DNA of 64,000 bases from Acidimicrobiia bacterium (GCA_965215185.1 OZ244034.1:64001-128000), one strand, 5' to 3'; numbered from the stretch's first letter, positions 9,716 through 20,036 are shown. Numbers and translations: made by a program. The notes: generated by a model from the sequence alone, not told the origin.

Positions 9716-11044
9716 TCAGCCACTCACCAGCGCCTTCACCCGGTCCACCAACCGGTCGACAGAGGCGGAATCGGGTCCTTCCACGTTCAAGCGCAGTAGG
9801 GGTTCGGTGTTGGAAGGGCGCAGGTTGAACCAGCGGTCCGTCCAGGAGACGGTTAGCCCGTCCAGCCGATCCTGATGCGCCGACGAGAATGCTGCCCGTA
9901 CCGTCTCTAGGGATCCCTCCCGATCCACCACGGTCAGATTGATTTCACCGGACGTGTGGTAGGGCATCACCTCGGCATGCAATTCCGAGAGCGGTCGGGC
10001 CTCCTCGGAGAGAATCTGAAGCAGGGCCAGCGTCGCCAGCATTCCGGAGTCGGCTCGATAGTGGGCGGCGAAGTAGTAGTGCCCGGAGTGCTCTCCTCCG
10101 AAGACCGCCCCGGTTTGGGCCATCACCTGTTTCATGAATGAATGGCCCACCCGTGAGCGGATAGGGGTTCCTCCACCGGCGATGATGGCTTCGGGCACCG
10201 ACCGGGAACAGATCAGATTGTGCACGACTTTGGCGTGTGGCTCAGAAACCAGCATCCAACGGGCGATCAAGGTGGTGATGGCGCTTCCCGACAGCGGGCC
10301 ACCTTGGTCGTCCACAAAGAATGCCCGGTCGGCGTCTCCGTCGAAGGCGACTCCCAGATCGGCGCCGGAGGAGACCACCTCGGTGGTGAGGTCGATGAGA
10401 TTGGCGGGGTCGATGGGGTCGGGAGGATGGTTGGGGAAGGATCCGTCCGGGGTGAGGTATAGACCGGTGAGGGAGACTGGCAGACGGGCGAAGACCGGCA
10501 ATACCACGGTGGCAGCCATGCCGTTCCCGCCGTCCACCACTACCCGCAAGGGGGCTATGTTGTGGGGCTCAATGATGGAGAGCACATGATTGACATATCC
10601 CTCGGTTACGTCGCACACCTTCACGCTTCCCCGCGGGGAGGAGTCGGGCATCCCTGTGGTCGCCATCCGGCGGATCTCCTTGAGCCCGGAGTCGATCCCC
10701 ACCGGAGCGGCGCCCGGCAGGCACAGCTTGATCCCGTTCCATTGCGGCGGATTGTGGGAGGCGGTGACCATCGCGCCGGCCACGGATCGGGCGCCCGAGA
10801 CGTAGTACACAACTTCGGTGGCCACCTGCCGCAGATCCAACACGTCCGATCCCGTCGAAGTGATCCCATCGATCAGGGCGGAAGCCAACTGGGGAGAACT
10901 CGCCCGGCAATCCCGTCCCACCGCCACGGTCCCACCGCCGGCGAAGTGGGCGAAGGCGGCGCCGATTCGGCGGGCATGATCGGGTGTGAAATGACCGGAC
11001 TCCACGTCCCCCCTTATGTCGTAGGCCTTGAACAGCTTTTCTAT
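9716..11044 (-). CDS. manB: Phosphomannomutase/phosphoglucomutase
   Basis: FKAYDIRG (upstream of the track start), TASHNP, DGDADR, GEHSGH, RPSNTEP. Start extended to ATA at 11044. Confidence 0.93.
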   Translation of the reverse strand: MEKLFKAYDIRGDVESGHFTPDHARRIGAAFAHFAGGGTVAVGRDCRASSPQLASALIDGITSTGSDVLDLRQVATEVVYYVSGARSVAGAMVTASHNPPQWNGIKLCLPGAAPVGIDSGLKEIRRMATTGMPDSSPRGSVKVCDVTEGYVNHVLSIIEPHNIAPLRVVVDGGNGMAATVVLPVFARLPVSLTGLYLTPDGSFPNHPPDPIDPANLIDLTTEVVSSGADLGVAFDGDADRAFFVDDQGGPLSGSAITTLIARWMLVSEPHAKVVHNLICSRSVPEAIIAGGGTPIRSRVGHSFMKQVMAQTGAVFGGEHSGHYYFAAHYRADSGMLATLALLQILSEEARPLSELHAEVMPYHTSGEINLTVVDREGSLETVRAAFSSAHQDRLDGLTVSWTDRWFNLRPSNTEPLLRLNVEGPDSASVDRLVDRVKALVSG

Positions 11045-13374
11045 GGCGCCTCTCCCGTCCTATTTCGCGGCGAGACAGAGGTTGCCCACTCGCTGAGCCG
11101 CCGCCTTACGCCCGGGACGATCAGCGCGATCAACCCAATCAGGGTCAGAGTCCATCCCAACCACTCTGCCCAGGTGTTTTCAAATTCGATGACCACTTCG
11201 GAGTCGGTGGGTACCACCAACATCAGGGACGGCGCGACCAGATAAGGACCCTCAGCGCCGGTGGCCTTCCAGTTGGGAAAATAGGAGACCTTGACCAGGT
11301 GAGGAACCCCCACCGCATCGGTGATAAATGAGATCCGGTGATCTTCCACCACGATGTCCTTCACCGTCCAATCCTGAGCGGGGAGAAGGGTGGGGCGCAG
11401 CAGGGAAGGGTTGGAGACGATCGGCCATCCGTATTCGGTCGGCGCATCGGCCACCACCCACAGGTCGGCATTATTCAGCGTCTCGAACCACGACAAGGAG
11501 AAGTTGAAAAAGTCAAGATCTCCGTCAGGACCCTCTTGGAAGACCGAAGGCTCATAGCGGGCCACCTCCACCAACTCGGTGGGGGGCGCCTCGTATATGT
11601 GGAAGGGCCCGGCCACCCCCACTTCCTGCAATTCGGAGAACTTGGCGGCCTCCTCCGTCGCTTCGGGGGTGAAGGAGATGTAATAATGCACTCCGAACAT
11701 GTCGAGGTGGCGAAGTCCCCTGGTCATGGCGAGGTTGTGATAGCGCAGCCCCGGTACCGGATTCGAACCCTGTTTGCTCATCTCGGAGATGGCGATGAAG
11801 ATGAAGGGCATGCTCATGGAGGACTCGAAGAACAGCCCTTCCATGGAAGGATGACTCCACCCCGACCAATAGGGGATCAGCATGGGCGCCATGGGGGTCC
11901 CGTACTGGTCTATGTCCCGGTTGTTTTCCCATAGCACCCGGCCTGGTTCGAGTGCCGCCACCAGCGCGTTCATGTCCCGGTATTCATTCCAGCCGGCTTT
12001 GGCCTCATAACCCGAGTAGTTCCATCTGGACCAGCCCGCCAGATATGAGACTCCCGCCAGTGATCCGATCCCGACTCCCACCGCGACGATTCCCGCCAGG
12101 AGTTGTTTGACGGAAATCCGCTGTTGGCGGACATACAGCGCTGTTACCGCGATGATCGCCAAAATAACCGCGCCGAAGAGTATCGCCCATTTGGCCCTGG
12201 CGTTGGAGGAAGGGATCAAAACGGCGCCGATCACAACCACCGCGGTGGCGGTGGTCATAAGGGCCGCTTTGGGGGACACCGACCGGGGCAGGCGTCGGGT
12301 GATCGCCATCAAGGCAGCCCCCACCGCCAGCATGGCAAAGAACACCACGCCGAAATACCAATAGGGGAGCAGCCGTCCGTTGTAGAGCTTCCACCGGTCA
12401 TCCAGGAACAACTCCGGGAATTGACGGGTGAGCCGGATGGGAAGGGGGTAGTAGATGATTGGCGCAACGGTGGTGATCAACAGCGGGACAATCTTCCAAG
12501 TCTGCCCGATCCGCCTGGCGCGGCGCAGGGCCCAGACCAGCCCGACCAGGCTCAGGGGCAGCAGCACCCAGATTTCAGTTGGGAAAAACTCTCGCCATTG
12601 GGTGAGCGGACTCCAAGCCAGATCGGAGCTGTAGGCCAGATTGGCCAGGAATGGAATCGACCAGAAGCCCGTGAGGGCGAACGCCCACGCTGAGGTCACC
12701 AACAGAGGGCGACGAGACTTCCTGAGAGCCAGTAGTGCCAAGGTGCCGAACACCAACAGCAGGGTGGTGAGCAGATGGCACAAAACGGTGACGCAGAAGA
12801 CAGCCGCGGTGGCAGGGAGCAAGCGTGATTCTCCGTCTACCACCCGGATCAAAAGCCCCAGGTAGATGAAGCCCAAACTGAAGGACCATGCGTAGGTGAA
12901 CTCCCCGGCCAGGGTGGAGGCCACGTTTCCCCCGTAGATGGTGAAACTCTCCATCAAGGCGTACACGGTCCCTCCCGCCGCGGTCAACAGGGCTAAAAGT
13001 CGATGGAACCCCAGCGCCCTGGTGAAGTAGTAAACGGCGGGGGGAAGCAATAGGAGACCACCCACCGTGACCAGCTTGAAGGCCACTCCGTAGGGCAGAA
13101 ACACATCCAGCAGCACGATGACCATCGAAGGGAGCGGGAAGTAGAAATAGAAAAGGGGAAATCCTGCGAACCAGGCATTGGACCAACCCAGCAGGCGGCC
13201 GGCCGGGAGCAACACGTCCCGCATGGCGGCCGGACCCAGGACGTGGGCGCCCATGTCTCCCCCGGAGGGGGTGTTGTCGACAAACAGCAGATGGGGGCTG
13301 AGCACGGCCAGCACCATCACGGAGAGAATGGCCAGCACCCAACCCGGGTACCAGAATCTAGCGAGCCTATTCAT
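11041..13374 (-). CDS. Polytopic membrane protein, 6-pyruvoyl-tetrahydropterin-synthase-related/YfhO-like (putative GT-C glycosyltransferase)
   Basis: GGDMGAH, W..GFPLFYFYFPLP, many TM helices, C-terminal VKVSYFPNWKA. Confidence 0.7.
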   Translation of the reverse strand: MNRLARFWYPGWVLAILSVMVLAVLSPHLLFVDNTPSGGDMGAHVLGPAAMRDVLLPAGRLLGWSNAWFAGFPLFYFYFPLPSMVIVLLDVFLPYGVAFKLVTVGGLLLLPPAVYYFTRALGFHRLLALLTAAGGTVYALMESFTIYGGNVASTLAGEFTYAWSFSLGFIYLGLLIRVVDGESRLLPATAAVFCVTVLCHLLTTLLLVFGTLALLALRKSRRPLLVTSAWAFALTGFWSIPFLANLAYSSDLAWSPLTQWREFFPTEIWVLLPLSLVGLVWALRRARRIGQTWKIVPLLITTVAPIIYYPLPIRLTRQFPELFLDDRWKLYNGRLLPYWYFGVVFFAMLAVGAALMAITRRLPRSVSPKAALMTTATAVVVIGAVLIPSSNARAKWAILFGAVILAIIAVTALYVRQQRISVKQLLAGIVAVGVGIGSLAGVSYLAGWSRWNYSGYEAKAGWNEYRDMNALVAALEPGRVLWENNRDIDQYGTPMAPMLIPYWSGWSHPSMEGLFFESSMSMPFIFIAISEMSKQGSNPVPGLRYHNLAMTRGLRHLDMFGVHYYISFTPEATEEAAKFSELQEVGVAGPFHIYEAPPTELVEVARYEPSVFQEGPDGDLDFFNFSLSWFETLNNADLWVVADAPTEYGWPIVSNPSLLRPTLLPAQDWTVKDIVVEDHRISFITDAVGVPHLVKVSYFPNWKATGAEGPYLVAPSLMLVVPTDSEVVIEFENTWAEWLGWTLTLIGLIALIVPGVRRRLSEWATSVSPRNRTGEAP

Positions 13375-13408
13375 CGGGGATTTAGGGGCTTATCCGGCCC
13401 GCCGATTG

Positions 13409-13642
13409 CTAGGCGGCTCCCGACTCCTTGGCGGATTGGAACATCTCGGTGACGTTGCGACGGTCGAATAATGTCCATTTTATGGGAGGCGTGAGACGAT
13501 CGGCGTGGTGTCGGCACAGGGGCGAAAGCACCTCATGAGAAACGGAGATGTTGACATCCCACAGCCAAACCCGCCGGTTTTGATAGTCGATCGCCATCAA
13601 CGAAGAGGCCGTTTTTCCACACCGATAGCAATTGGAGACCAT
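13409..13642 (-). CDS. DUF3499 family protein
   Basis: CxxC at the N-terminus and LCRHHADRLTPP.KW; typical neighbour of manB in actinobacteria. Confidence 0.75.
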   Translation of the reverse strand: MVSNCYRCGKTASSLMAIDYQNRRVWLWDVNISVSHEVLSPLCRHHADRLTPPIKWTLFDRRNVTEMFQSAKESGAA

Positions 13643-13662
13643 AACCTACCCACTCTAAAGCC

Positions 13663-14031
13663 TCATCGCCGGGGAACAAAGGATTTCCAGCGGCGGAGCA
13701 GGCGTACCGTAGGCATACCCTCCCAAACCAGGCCATCGCCGTTTTCCTCTACCGCCGCGGCGGTAGGCACCTGGTGAATCTTGTGGGTCGCAAAGACCTG
13801 TGGCTCCTCCGCCCACCTTATTTCGCGAAACCCCTCAATCCCTAGTACCTCGATGAAACGGGAGCGTACCGGGTCACATCCCGGGCACCGCTGGGAGGTG
13901 AACAACACCACTCCCGGTTCGAGTCCTCTCATAGGCCGACGGCGCGGACGGCACCGGTCGATCACCCTGGCCGCCACCGCCACTACCAGAGCCACCGCCA
14001 GTACCGCCAGAGGTACCAGCAACTCCAACAT
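13663..14031 (-). CDS. Membrane-anchored thioredoxin-like protein
   Basis: N-terminal TM helix, FTSQRCPGC, VPT cis-Pro motif. Confidence 0.7.
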   Translation of the reverse strand: MLELLVPLAVLAVALVVAVAARVIDRCRPRRRPMRGLEPGVVLFTSQRCPGCDPVRSRFIEVLGIEGFREIRWAEEPQVFATHKIHQVPTAAAVEENGDGLVWEGMPTVRLLRRWKSFVPRR

Positions 14032-14038
14032 CCCTTCC

Positions 14039-15511
14039 TCAAGCATCTGCCGTGCCCGTCTTTGCGGTGTTTCCGAACATCTGGTTACATAACGCGCGGA
14101 GACCGGGGCTTCGCTCCACGGGGTAGGGGGACGGGTCGATCAGATCCAAGTAATCCGGTGAGAGCCGGGCAATGTCTCGTCTACGCCTATCCCGGGCGGT
14201 CTCCAGGTCCTCCTGGATCATGGATCTCCCGTTCGCCCAGACTTGTTCCAGAAGATCTTCCCACGCTTGTCCTTCTTCGGGTTCCTCCTCCCTCAGCGTC
14301 ACCAGGTCTCCACCTGCGGTCCGGTCCTGCCGGTAGTTACGCCATAGGCCTTTCCTGCCGGGTAGAGAGCTTTTGGCCAGGTCATTGGTGAGCTTGAAGG
14401 CGGGTCGCCAGGTCCGGTCTTTTCTGATGGCAGCCAGTTTGTAGACACCGTCCAGGCTGGGAGCGCCCTCTGATGTGACCAGTCGGGTCCCCACTCCAAA
14501 CACCAGCCGCCCGATCAGGCGGTCGGGATCCTCGGCCCGCCGAGCCAATTCTTCGGTTATCCGGGCTATGGCTAGTTCGTCCAACCGATCGGAGAGAACG
14601 ATAGCCGTCTCTTCGAAACCAGCCTCATCTAGCATCCGTGCGGAAGCCAGGGCCAGATCCACCGGGTTTCCAGAGTCGAGGCGGATTCCCACCGGCCTGT
14701 GGCCCTTGCTGCGCAATTCTTCGAATACCAAGATGGCGTTGGGAAGGCCCGACTCCAGGGTGTCGATGGTGTCCACCAATAGCACGCAGTCATCCGGGTA
14801 AACGCTGGAGAAGGCCCGAAACGCGTCGAGTTCACTTCCGCCCAGGGCCATGAAGGCCTGTACCAGGGAGTGGGCGTGGGTGCCCTTGGCTGGCATTCCC
14901 AGTTTGTGTGAGGCCGCCACATTGGAGGAAAAATCGGCCCCACCCACCAGCGCCGCTTCCGTAGCCAAGTTGGCGCCCAGGCCCGCCGCCCGGCGCATCC
15001 CGAACTCCAGAACAGATCCCGATCGGGCGGCCTGTTTGACTCTTGCGGCCTTGGTGGCGACGAGAGTGGCGAAATTGCGATGGTTCAACAGTGAACTCTC
15101 CAGTAGTTGCCCCAGCGCCAAGGGCCCTTCCACCACGGTGATGGGGGTATGGGGATGGACCACCCGTCCATCGGGGACCGCCCGGACACTGAGTTGACCA
15201 AAGTCGCCATGGTGCTCCAACCAGTTCAGGAAACCCTTCCCGAACAGGGGAGCGCCCGAACCGGATCGCATTTCGGCCAAGGCAGAGCGCTCCGCATCGC
15301 CGAATCGAAATTCTGCCAAGCGTTCCAGCAGCACCTGGAGTCCCGCTGTGACGCAGTACCCCGCACGATGCTCGTCGTAGGACGGATAGGTGCGAAAGTA
15401 GTGTTCGTAACTGGCCTCCTGCTCGGCAATACCGTGGCTGAAGTAGACCTGAGCCATGGTGAGTTGATACAGGTCAGTGAACAACACGCCGCGGTGGAGT
15501 GGATATGCCAT
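14039..15511 (-). CDS. pncB: Nicotinate phosphoribosyltransferase
   Basis: FTDLYQLTM, EFGMRRA, GTHAHS, LVDTIDT, GIRLDSG, GVYKL. Start trimmed to MAYPLH. Confidence 0.94.
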   Translation of the reverse strand: MAYPLHRGVLFTDLYQLTMAQVYFSHGIAEQEASYEHYFRTYPSYDEHRAGYCVTAGLQVLLERLAEFRFGDAERSALAEMRSGSGAPLFGKGFLNWLEHHGDFGQLSVRAVPDGRVVHPHTPITVVEGPLALGQLLESSLLNHRNFATLVATKAARVKQAARSGSVLEFGMRRAAGLGANLATEAALVGGADFSSNVAASHKLGMPAKGTHAHSLVQAFMALGGSELDAFRAFSSVYPDDCVLLVDTIDTLESGLPNAILVFEELRSKGHRPVGIRLDSGNPVDLALASARMLDEAGFEETAIVLSDRLDELAIARITEELARRAEDPDRLIGRLVFGVGTRLVTSEGAPSLDGVYKLAAIRKDRTWRPAFKLTNDLAKSSLPGRKGLWRNYRQDRTAGGDLVTLREEEPEEGQAWEDLLEQVWANGRSMIQEDLETARDRRRRDIARLSPDYLDLIDPSPYPVERSPGLRALCNQMFGNTAKTGTADA

Positions 15512-15671
15512 CTGCTCCCAGATATTACGCTTGGTTTTCCTCTGGGTATTCCCGACTCGGAGGCTTGTCCACTCCCGCGACGGACGTCGGTGGATTCCTG
15601 TCCACTTCACTAGCAAATTCAAAACCTTGTTCCTTATCGATACTTTGCAACTGTTCGGCGCTAGCTTCCAA

Positions 15672-16926
15672 GTGATTGGCATCAGCATTGCTAATCAGGG
15701 GCCGGTGGTGGGTTGCTTTGAAGTTCCCCCCTCGAAGCCGGAGACTCAGAGGGCCCTGGCCATGGCTGCCCTGGCGGATGGAACTTCGACCATTCGCTCT
15801 CCGCTACACAGTTCGGAAACGCTCAGGATGATGGAAGCCTGCCGGGAAATCGGAGCGGAGATCATCCATGATGGAGCCGAAATTCGGGTGGTGGGAACCG
15901 GGATCGGAGAGCGCGTTTCCCCTACTTCCACGCGGCCGAATACCCGTTACGTTTGGGCCGATGGCTCTGCTCTTATTGGGCGCCTCTTTGCAACCATCTG
16001 TTCACTCATCCCCGAGCGGGTTGTGATAGATGGCAACAACGTCCTGAGAAACCGGCCTTTCGCGCCGCTCTTCTCAGCGCTGAGAGCCAAAGGCGCCGAA
16101 TTCGGGTTTTTCTAGGGTGTGGATGCTCTTCCTTGCATTGCGCTTTCCAGCCAACTGCCTGGAGGTCGATATCAGGTGGAGAGCTCCATTTCTTCACAGT
16201 GTCACGGCGTTGATGGTTGCCGCCCCGCTGGCTGACGCGCCCACCACCATCGAACTCATTGGCAAGCTCTACTCTCCTTCATACATCCGCCAAACCGCGG
16301 CCATGATGAGACACTTCGGCGTGGACATACCATCAGCGCCGACGATCGCGAAATCCTGATTCCCAACGACCAGTCGTATCGGAGCCGTGTAGTCGACATC
16401 GCCGGCGAACACGTCGGCTTCCTATCTAATGGGCGCTGCTTTCGCGAGTCGGGGGAGGATCACTCTATCGAATCTGGGGTCTGACAGTTTGCAGGGCGAA
16501 CGGGAGATCGTTGACATCAACGCGGCGTTAGGCGGGGAGGTGCAATGGTTGCAGACCAGCAATGAGCTCAAGATTGACTGCACCGACCTTCCCAAGCAGG
16601 TTGATATGGCCTTCGATCTCAGCGACAGCCCCAACATCCCGCCGACGGTGGCTGCAATGGCTGCCACTATTCCGGGGCGCGTACGCCTGACGGGCAGCCG
16701 CCTCACGCAGTTTCACAAGTCGGGGCGTATTGAAGCGATGGCGACGGAGTTAGCCAAGGCCGACATCGGGGTATCGCTGCTCCACGACGCTGAGGGCGCC
16801 GTGGACGACCTCGGAGCGGGCTCTCGTCGAGGCGGAGTGGAGTTCTCAACCTATGACGAACACCGGATCTTCATGTCCCTGGTGGTGTTCTCCTTGTCTC
16901 GCTCTGAGATCTTCAATGGCCATTGA
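15672..16926 (+). pseudogene. EPSP synthase (AroA)/enolpyruvyl-transferase-family pseudogene
   Basis: Reconstructed motifs PPSKPETQRA, LRNRP, LPGG..ISSQ, TSASYL, SLQGE, KSGRI, EHRIFMS. In-frame TAG at 16113-16115 plus frameshifts near 16199, 16328 and 16409. Confidence 0.85.
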
Positions 16927-17129
16927 AGATCTCCTTTCCTCATAGGGGAAGCACTGAGCAGTCAAGGCACAGTGCGGCGTCGGCTTACATCAGCACCAGA
17001 ATAAACATAGGGAGGGAAAGGGAGAGCACAAACCCGATTTACCTGGCCGGGATCCCATGTCCCAGGGTGTGTCCGTCCCTCCCCGGTAATGCTTGAGCTC
17101 GGGGTCCGGTGCCACTACGGTTCTCTCCC

Positions 17130-18323
17130 ATGAGCGCAGTGCTGTCGGTCATCAATGGTCTCGTGTTCAACGGCGTCTCCTTGGCGCCAACCGAGCACCC
17201 GGTTCACATGGAGGGAGGGAAGGTGGTCGGCCTCCATGGTCCTCCACCCGACGACGCCCGCGTCATCGATGCTCGTGGGCGCTTGGTCGTGCCGGGGTTG
17301 ATAGACGCCCACTTTCACGCTTATGGGATCGGCTTTGAAATGATTGAAGTCGAGAGGCTACCGATGAGCTACATCGCTCATAAGGCAGCCCGGCGGCTTG
17401 ATGCGGCGCTCCGCCGAGGCTTCACAACCGTGCGGGATCCGTCGGGGGGCGACATAGGTCTGCGCATGGCCCTTGACCAGGGGGTTATTCCGGGTCCCCG
17501 TTATCTCTATACCGGTCCGGCCCTCACCCAGACCGGCGGTCACGGCGATCCCCGCCCCGAACATCTGCTTGCTGAGCACTCCTGTGGCTACTTGAGCGAG
17601 ATCGTGGATGGAGTCGACAACCTTCGCCGAGCGGTCCGAGAGCGGTTCCGGACCGGGGCGCACGCCATAAAGCTGTTCACCTCGGGGGGAGTGATGTCTC
17701 CCACCGACCCCATCCGATTGGTGCAGTACGACCCGGAGGAGGTCAGGTCGGTGTGTGCCGAGGCCGCACGTCGGGATTCATACGTGGCTGCCCACGCCTA
17801 CTCACCCGAAGCGATCGTTCACTCTGTGGAAAACGGTGTGAGAACTATTGAACACGGGAACCTGCTGGATGCCGATTCCGCCTCGCGGATGGCCGAGCAC
17901 GGCGCTTTCCTGGTACCCACTCTCATTACTTACGATGCCATGCGACGCAGGGGAGACGATTTGGGTTTGTCTCCTGTCTCGCAACGAAAGAACCGCCAGG
18001 TGATGGAGGCAGGTCTTGCTTCAATCGAGATTGCCCGGGAGGCGGGGGTTCGCATTGGCCTGGGCACCGATCTGATTGCCGACCTGGAGGACGATCAATT
18101 ACAGGAGTTTCGGATGCGGTGTGAAGTCGAGGAGGTGGGGAAGGTGCTCCGGTCGGCCACATCGGTGAATGCTCGAATAATTCGCCGTCCGGATCTGGGA
18201 GTTATACAACCAGGGGCAGTTGCAGACGTGGTGGTATTGGCGGGCAACCCATTCCAAACGCCCGACGTGCTTTGGAATCCCGATCGAATAGTTGTGAAAT
18301 CGGGAAGAGTTATCCGCGCCTGA
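17130..18323 (+). CDS. Metal-dependent amidohydrolase (prolidase/carboxypeptidase-like)
   Basis: PGLIDAHFH, GFTTVRD, GGHGD, IKLFTSGGV, AAHAY, IEHG, LGTD. Confidence 0.92.
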   Translation: MSAVLSVINGLVFNGVSLAPTEHPVHMEGGKVVGLHGPPPDDARVIDARGRLVVPGLIDAHFHAYGIGFEMIEVERLPMSYIAHKAARRLDAALRRGFTTVRDPSGGDIGLRMALDQGVIPGPRYLYTGPALTQTGGHGDPRPEHLLAEHSCGYLSEIVDGVDNLRRAVRERFRTGAHAIKLFTSGGVMSPTDPIRLVQYDPEEVRSVCAEAARRDSYVAAHAYSPEAIVHSVENGVRTIEHGNLLDADSASRMAEHGAFLVPTLITYDAMRRRGDDLGLSPVSQRKNRQVMEAGLASIEIAREAGVRIGLGTDLIADLEDDQLQEFRMRCEVEEVGKVLRSATSVNARIIRRPDLGVIQPGAVADVVVLAGNPFQTPDVLWNPDRIVVKSGRVIRA

Positions 18324-18422
18324 TCAACGCAAGACCGGTTATCCCACCCCACGGGTCTAACCCCAAGTGGGAGTAAACCAACCGATCGAGACAATCCTGC
18401 CATCAATTGACGACATGACGGA

Positions 18423-18704
18423 TCAGATCACGGAGTTGAGCTTTTCTTCGATCATCGACGGCGTAACCGCTCCGGCGGTCCGGTGGCGTTCCTCCCCGTC
18501 GCGCAGGTAGATGAGTGTCGGCGTCCCCATAACCGACCAGGCTTCAGCCAGGTCGGGATTTTTGTCGACGTGCACGGCAACGAACCGCCAAACATCAGCG
18601 TGGTCTCCAGCTAGGCGCTCAAGATGGGGGCGGAGCACCCGGCATGGGCGGCACCAGGTACCCCAGAATTCCACTACAACCCCGCGGTCCTCTGAACGGA
18701 TCAC
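18423..18704 (-). CDS. Thioredoxin family protein
   Basis: VEFWGTWCRPC and GTPT; N-terminus slightly short. Confidence 0.85.
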   Translation of the reverse strand: MIRSEDRGVVVEFWGTWCRPCRVLRPHLERLAGDHADVWRFVAVHVDKNPDLAEAWSVMGTPTLIYLRDGEERHRTAGAVTPSMIEEKLNSVI

Positions 18705-18833
18705 AAACCTGGTCGGTACTGAATCGCAGGGAACTCCTAGTCCTTAGTCGGGGGTTGCCGGACAGTAGATTAGAGTGACCTCGGGCTGCGAAGGCCGGCC
18801 CCTTTTCGATGTCGACCACCTTGGGGGATTTTT

Positions 18834-19223
18834 ATGCTTACTGCCCGTGGACCCCTCGAAGTCACTGTCGAAGCCGAGCCTCCTTTCTTGGAACGCGACG
18901 GCATCAAGATCAACCGGAACATGGTCCGCAAGGAATTCTCCGGAGACATGGTTGGGTTGTCTGAGGCCCAGATGATCGCGGCCTACACGGCCACTCCGGG
19001 CTCGGCCGGATACGTGTCCATCGAGCACTTCACTGGGTCGGTCGGCGGCAAGTCGGGGTCGTTTGTCCTCCAGCACCACGGTTTGATGGAGAAGGGCGAG
19101 GCCGTGCTGACTGTGATGATCGTGCCGGACTCCGGCACAGGTGAACTGGTCGGGATCTCGGGCAACCTCGAGATTGACAACCAGGAGGGGAAGCACTCCT
19201 ACATCCTCAGGTTCGCGCTGTGA
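18834..19223 (+). CDS. DUF3224 domain protein
   Basis: SAGYVSIEHFTG..GGKSGSFVLQH.G and IVPDSGTGEL.GISG. Confidence 0.85.
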   Translation: MLTARGPLEVTVEAEPPFLERDGIKINRNMVRKEFSGDMVGLSEAQMIAAYTATPGSAGYVSIEHFTGSVGGKSGSFVLQHHGLMEKGEAVLTVMIVPDSGTGELVGISGNLEIDNQEGKHSYILRFAL

Positions 19224-19759
19224 TGACCGCGCGTTATCTTGTGTTGCCCCGCGGCATCAACGTCGGGCGTCGCAATCGGGTTCCGATGGCGGAGCTCAGG
19301 TCGAAGCTGGCCGAGGTGGGCTACTCTGCAGTAGCCACCGTCCTGCAAAGCGGAAACGTGATCGTTTCCGCCAGTTCGCAGGGTCTCGACGAGGTGGCTT
19401 GCGCCATTCAGCGGTTGCTCAGCGACCAGTTCGACGTCAACGTTCCCTGCGTCATCCGGACGGCGGACCAAGTTGGGGCGGTGCTCGAACGCAATCCGTT
19501 GCGGGAGGTTATAACCGACCCATCGCGTTACCTGGTGAACTTCTTCTCCGAGCAACCCGATCCCGAAGCGGTAAAGGCGTTGCTGGAAGAGGACCACAGT
19601 CCCCAGGCCATCGCCATCGACGGTACCGAGGCATACATCTGGACTCCTGATGGCGTCAAGGCGATGACCCTGTCGTATGCGTACCTCCAAAAAAGATTTG
19701 ATGTAGTCGCCACCGCCCGCAACTGGAGAACTCTTCAAAGGATTGCTGCCAAGCTCTGA
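19220..19759 (+). CDS. DUF1697 domain protein
   Basis: RGINVG.RNRVPMAELR, QSGNV, TARNWRT. Confidence 0.9.
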   Translation: MMTARYLVLPRGINVGRRNRVPMAELRSKLAEVGYSAVATVLQSGNVIVSASSQGLDEVACAIQRLLSDQFDVNVPCVIRTADQVGAVLERNPLREVITDPSRYLVNFFSEQPDPEAVKALLEEDHSPQAIAIDGTEAYIWTPDGVKAMTLSYAYLQKRFDVVATARNWRTLQRIAAKL

Positions 19760-20036
19760 ACGCTGGCGGTTCAACCCGGAGCCCGGTACCCATGGGAGGA
19801 AATAGGGTTCCTGACCCCTCGGCCAGCCTTACGACGGTCAACGTGATTTCGGTGGTCCCTCCGGGCCTGCTTGTACGCAAGGCCCGGCCAGTGGAAGACG
19901 CCTGTTTGGATGAGAAGTGCGGGACGATCAGCGACGGTAAGGGCAAAACCGTGGCGACTCCTGGCATTCCTGACCTGCCCGGACAGGAACTGGAGGTTGA
20001 TGAGAAGCATGAGCGCCGGTACGCTATTGTGAGATC

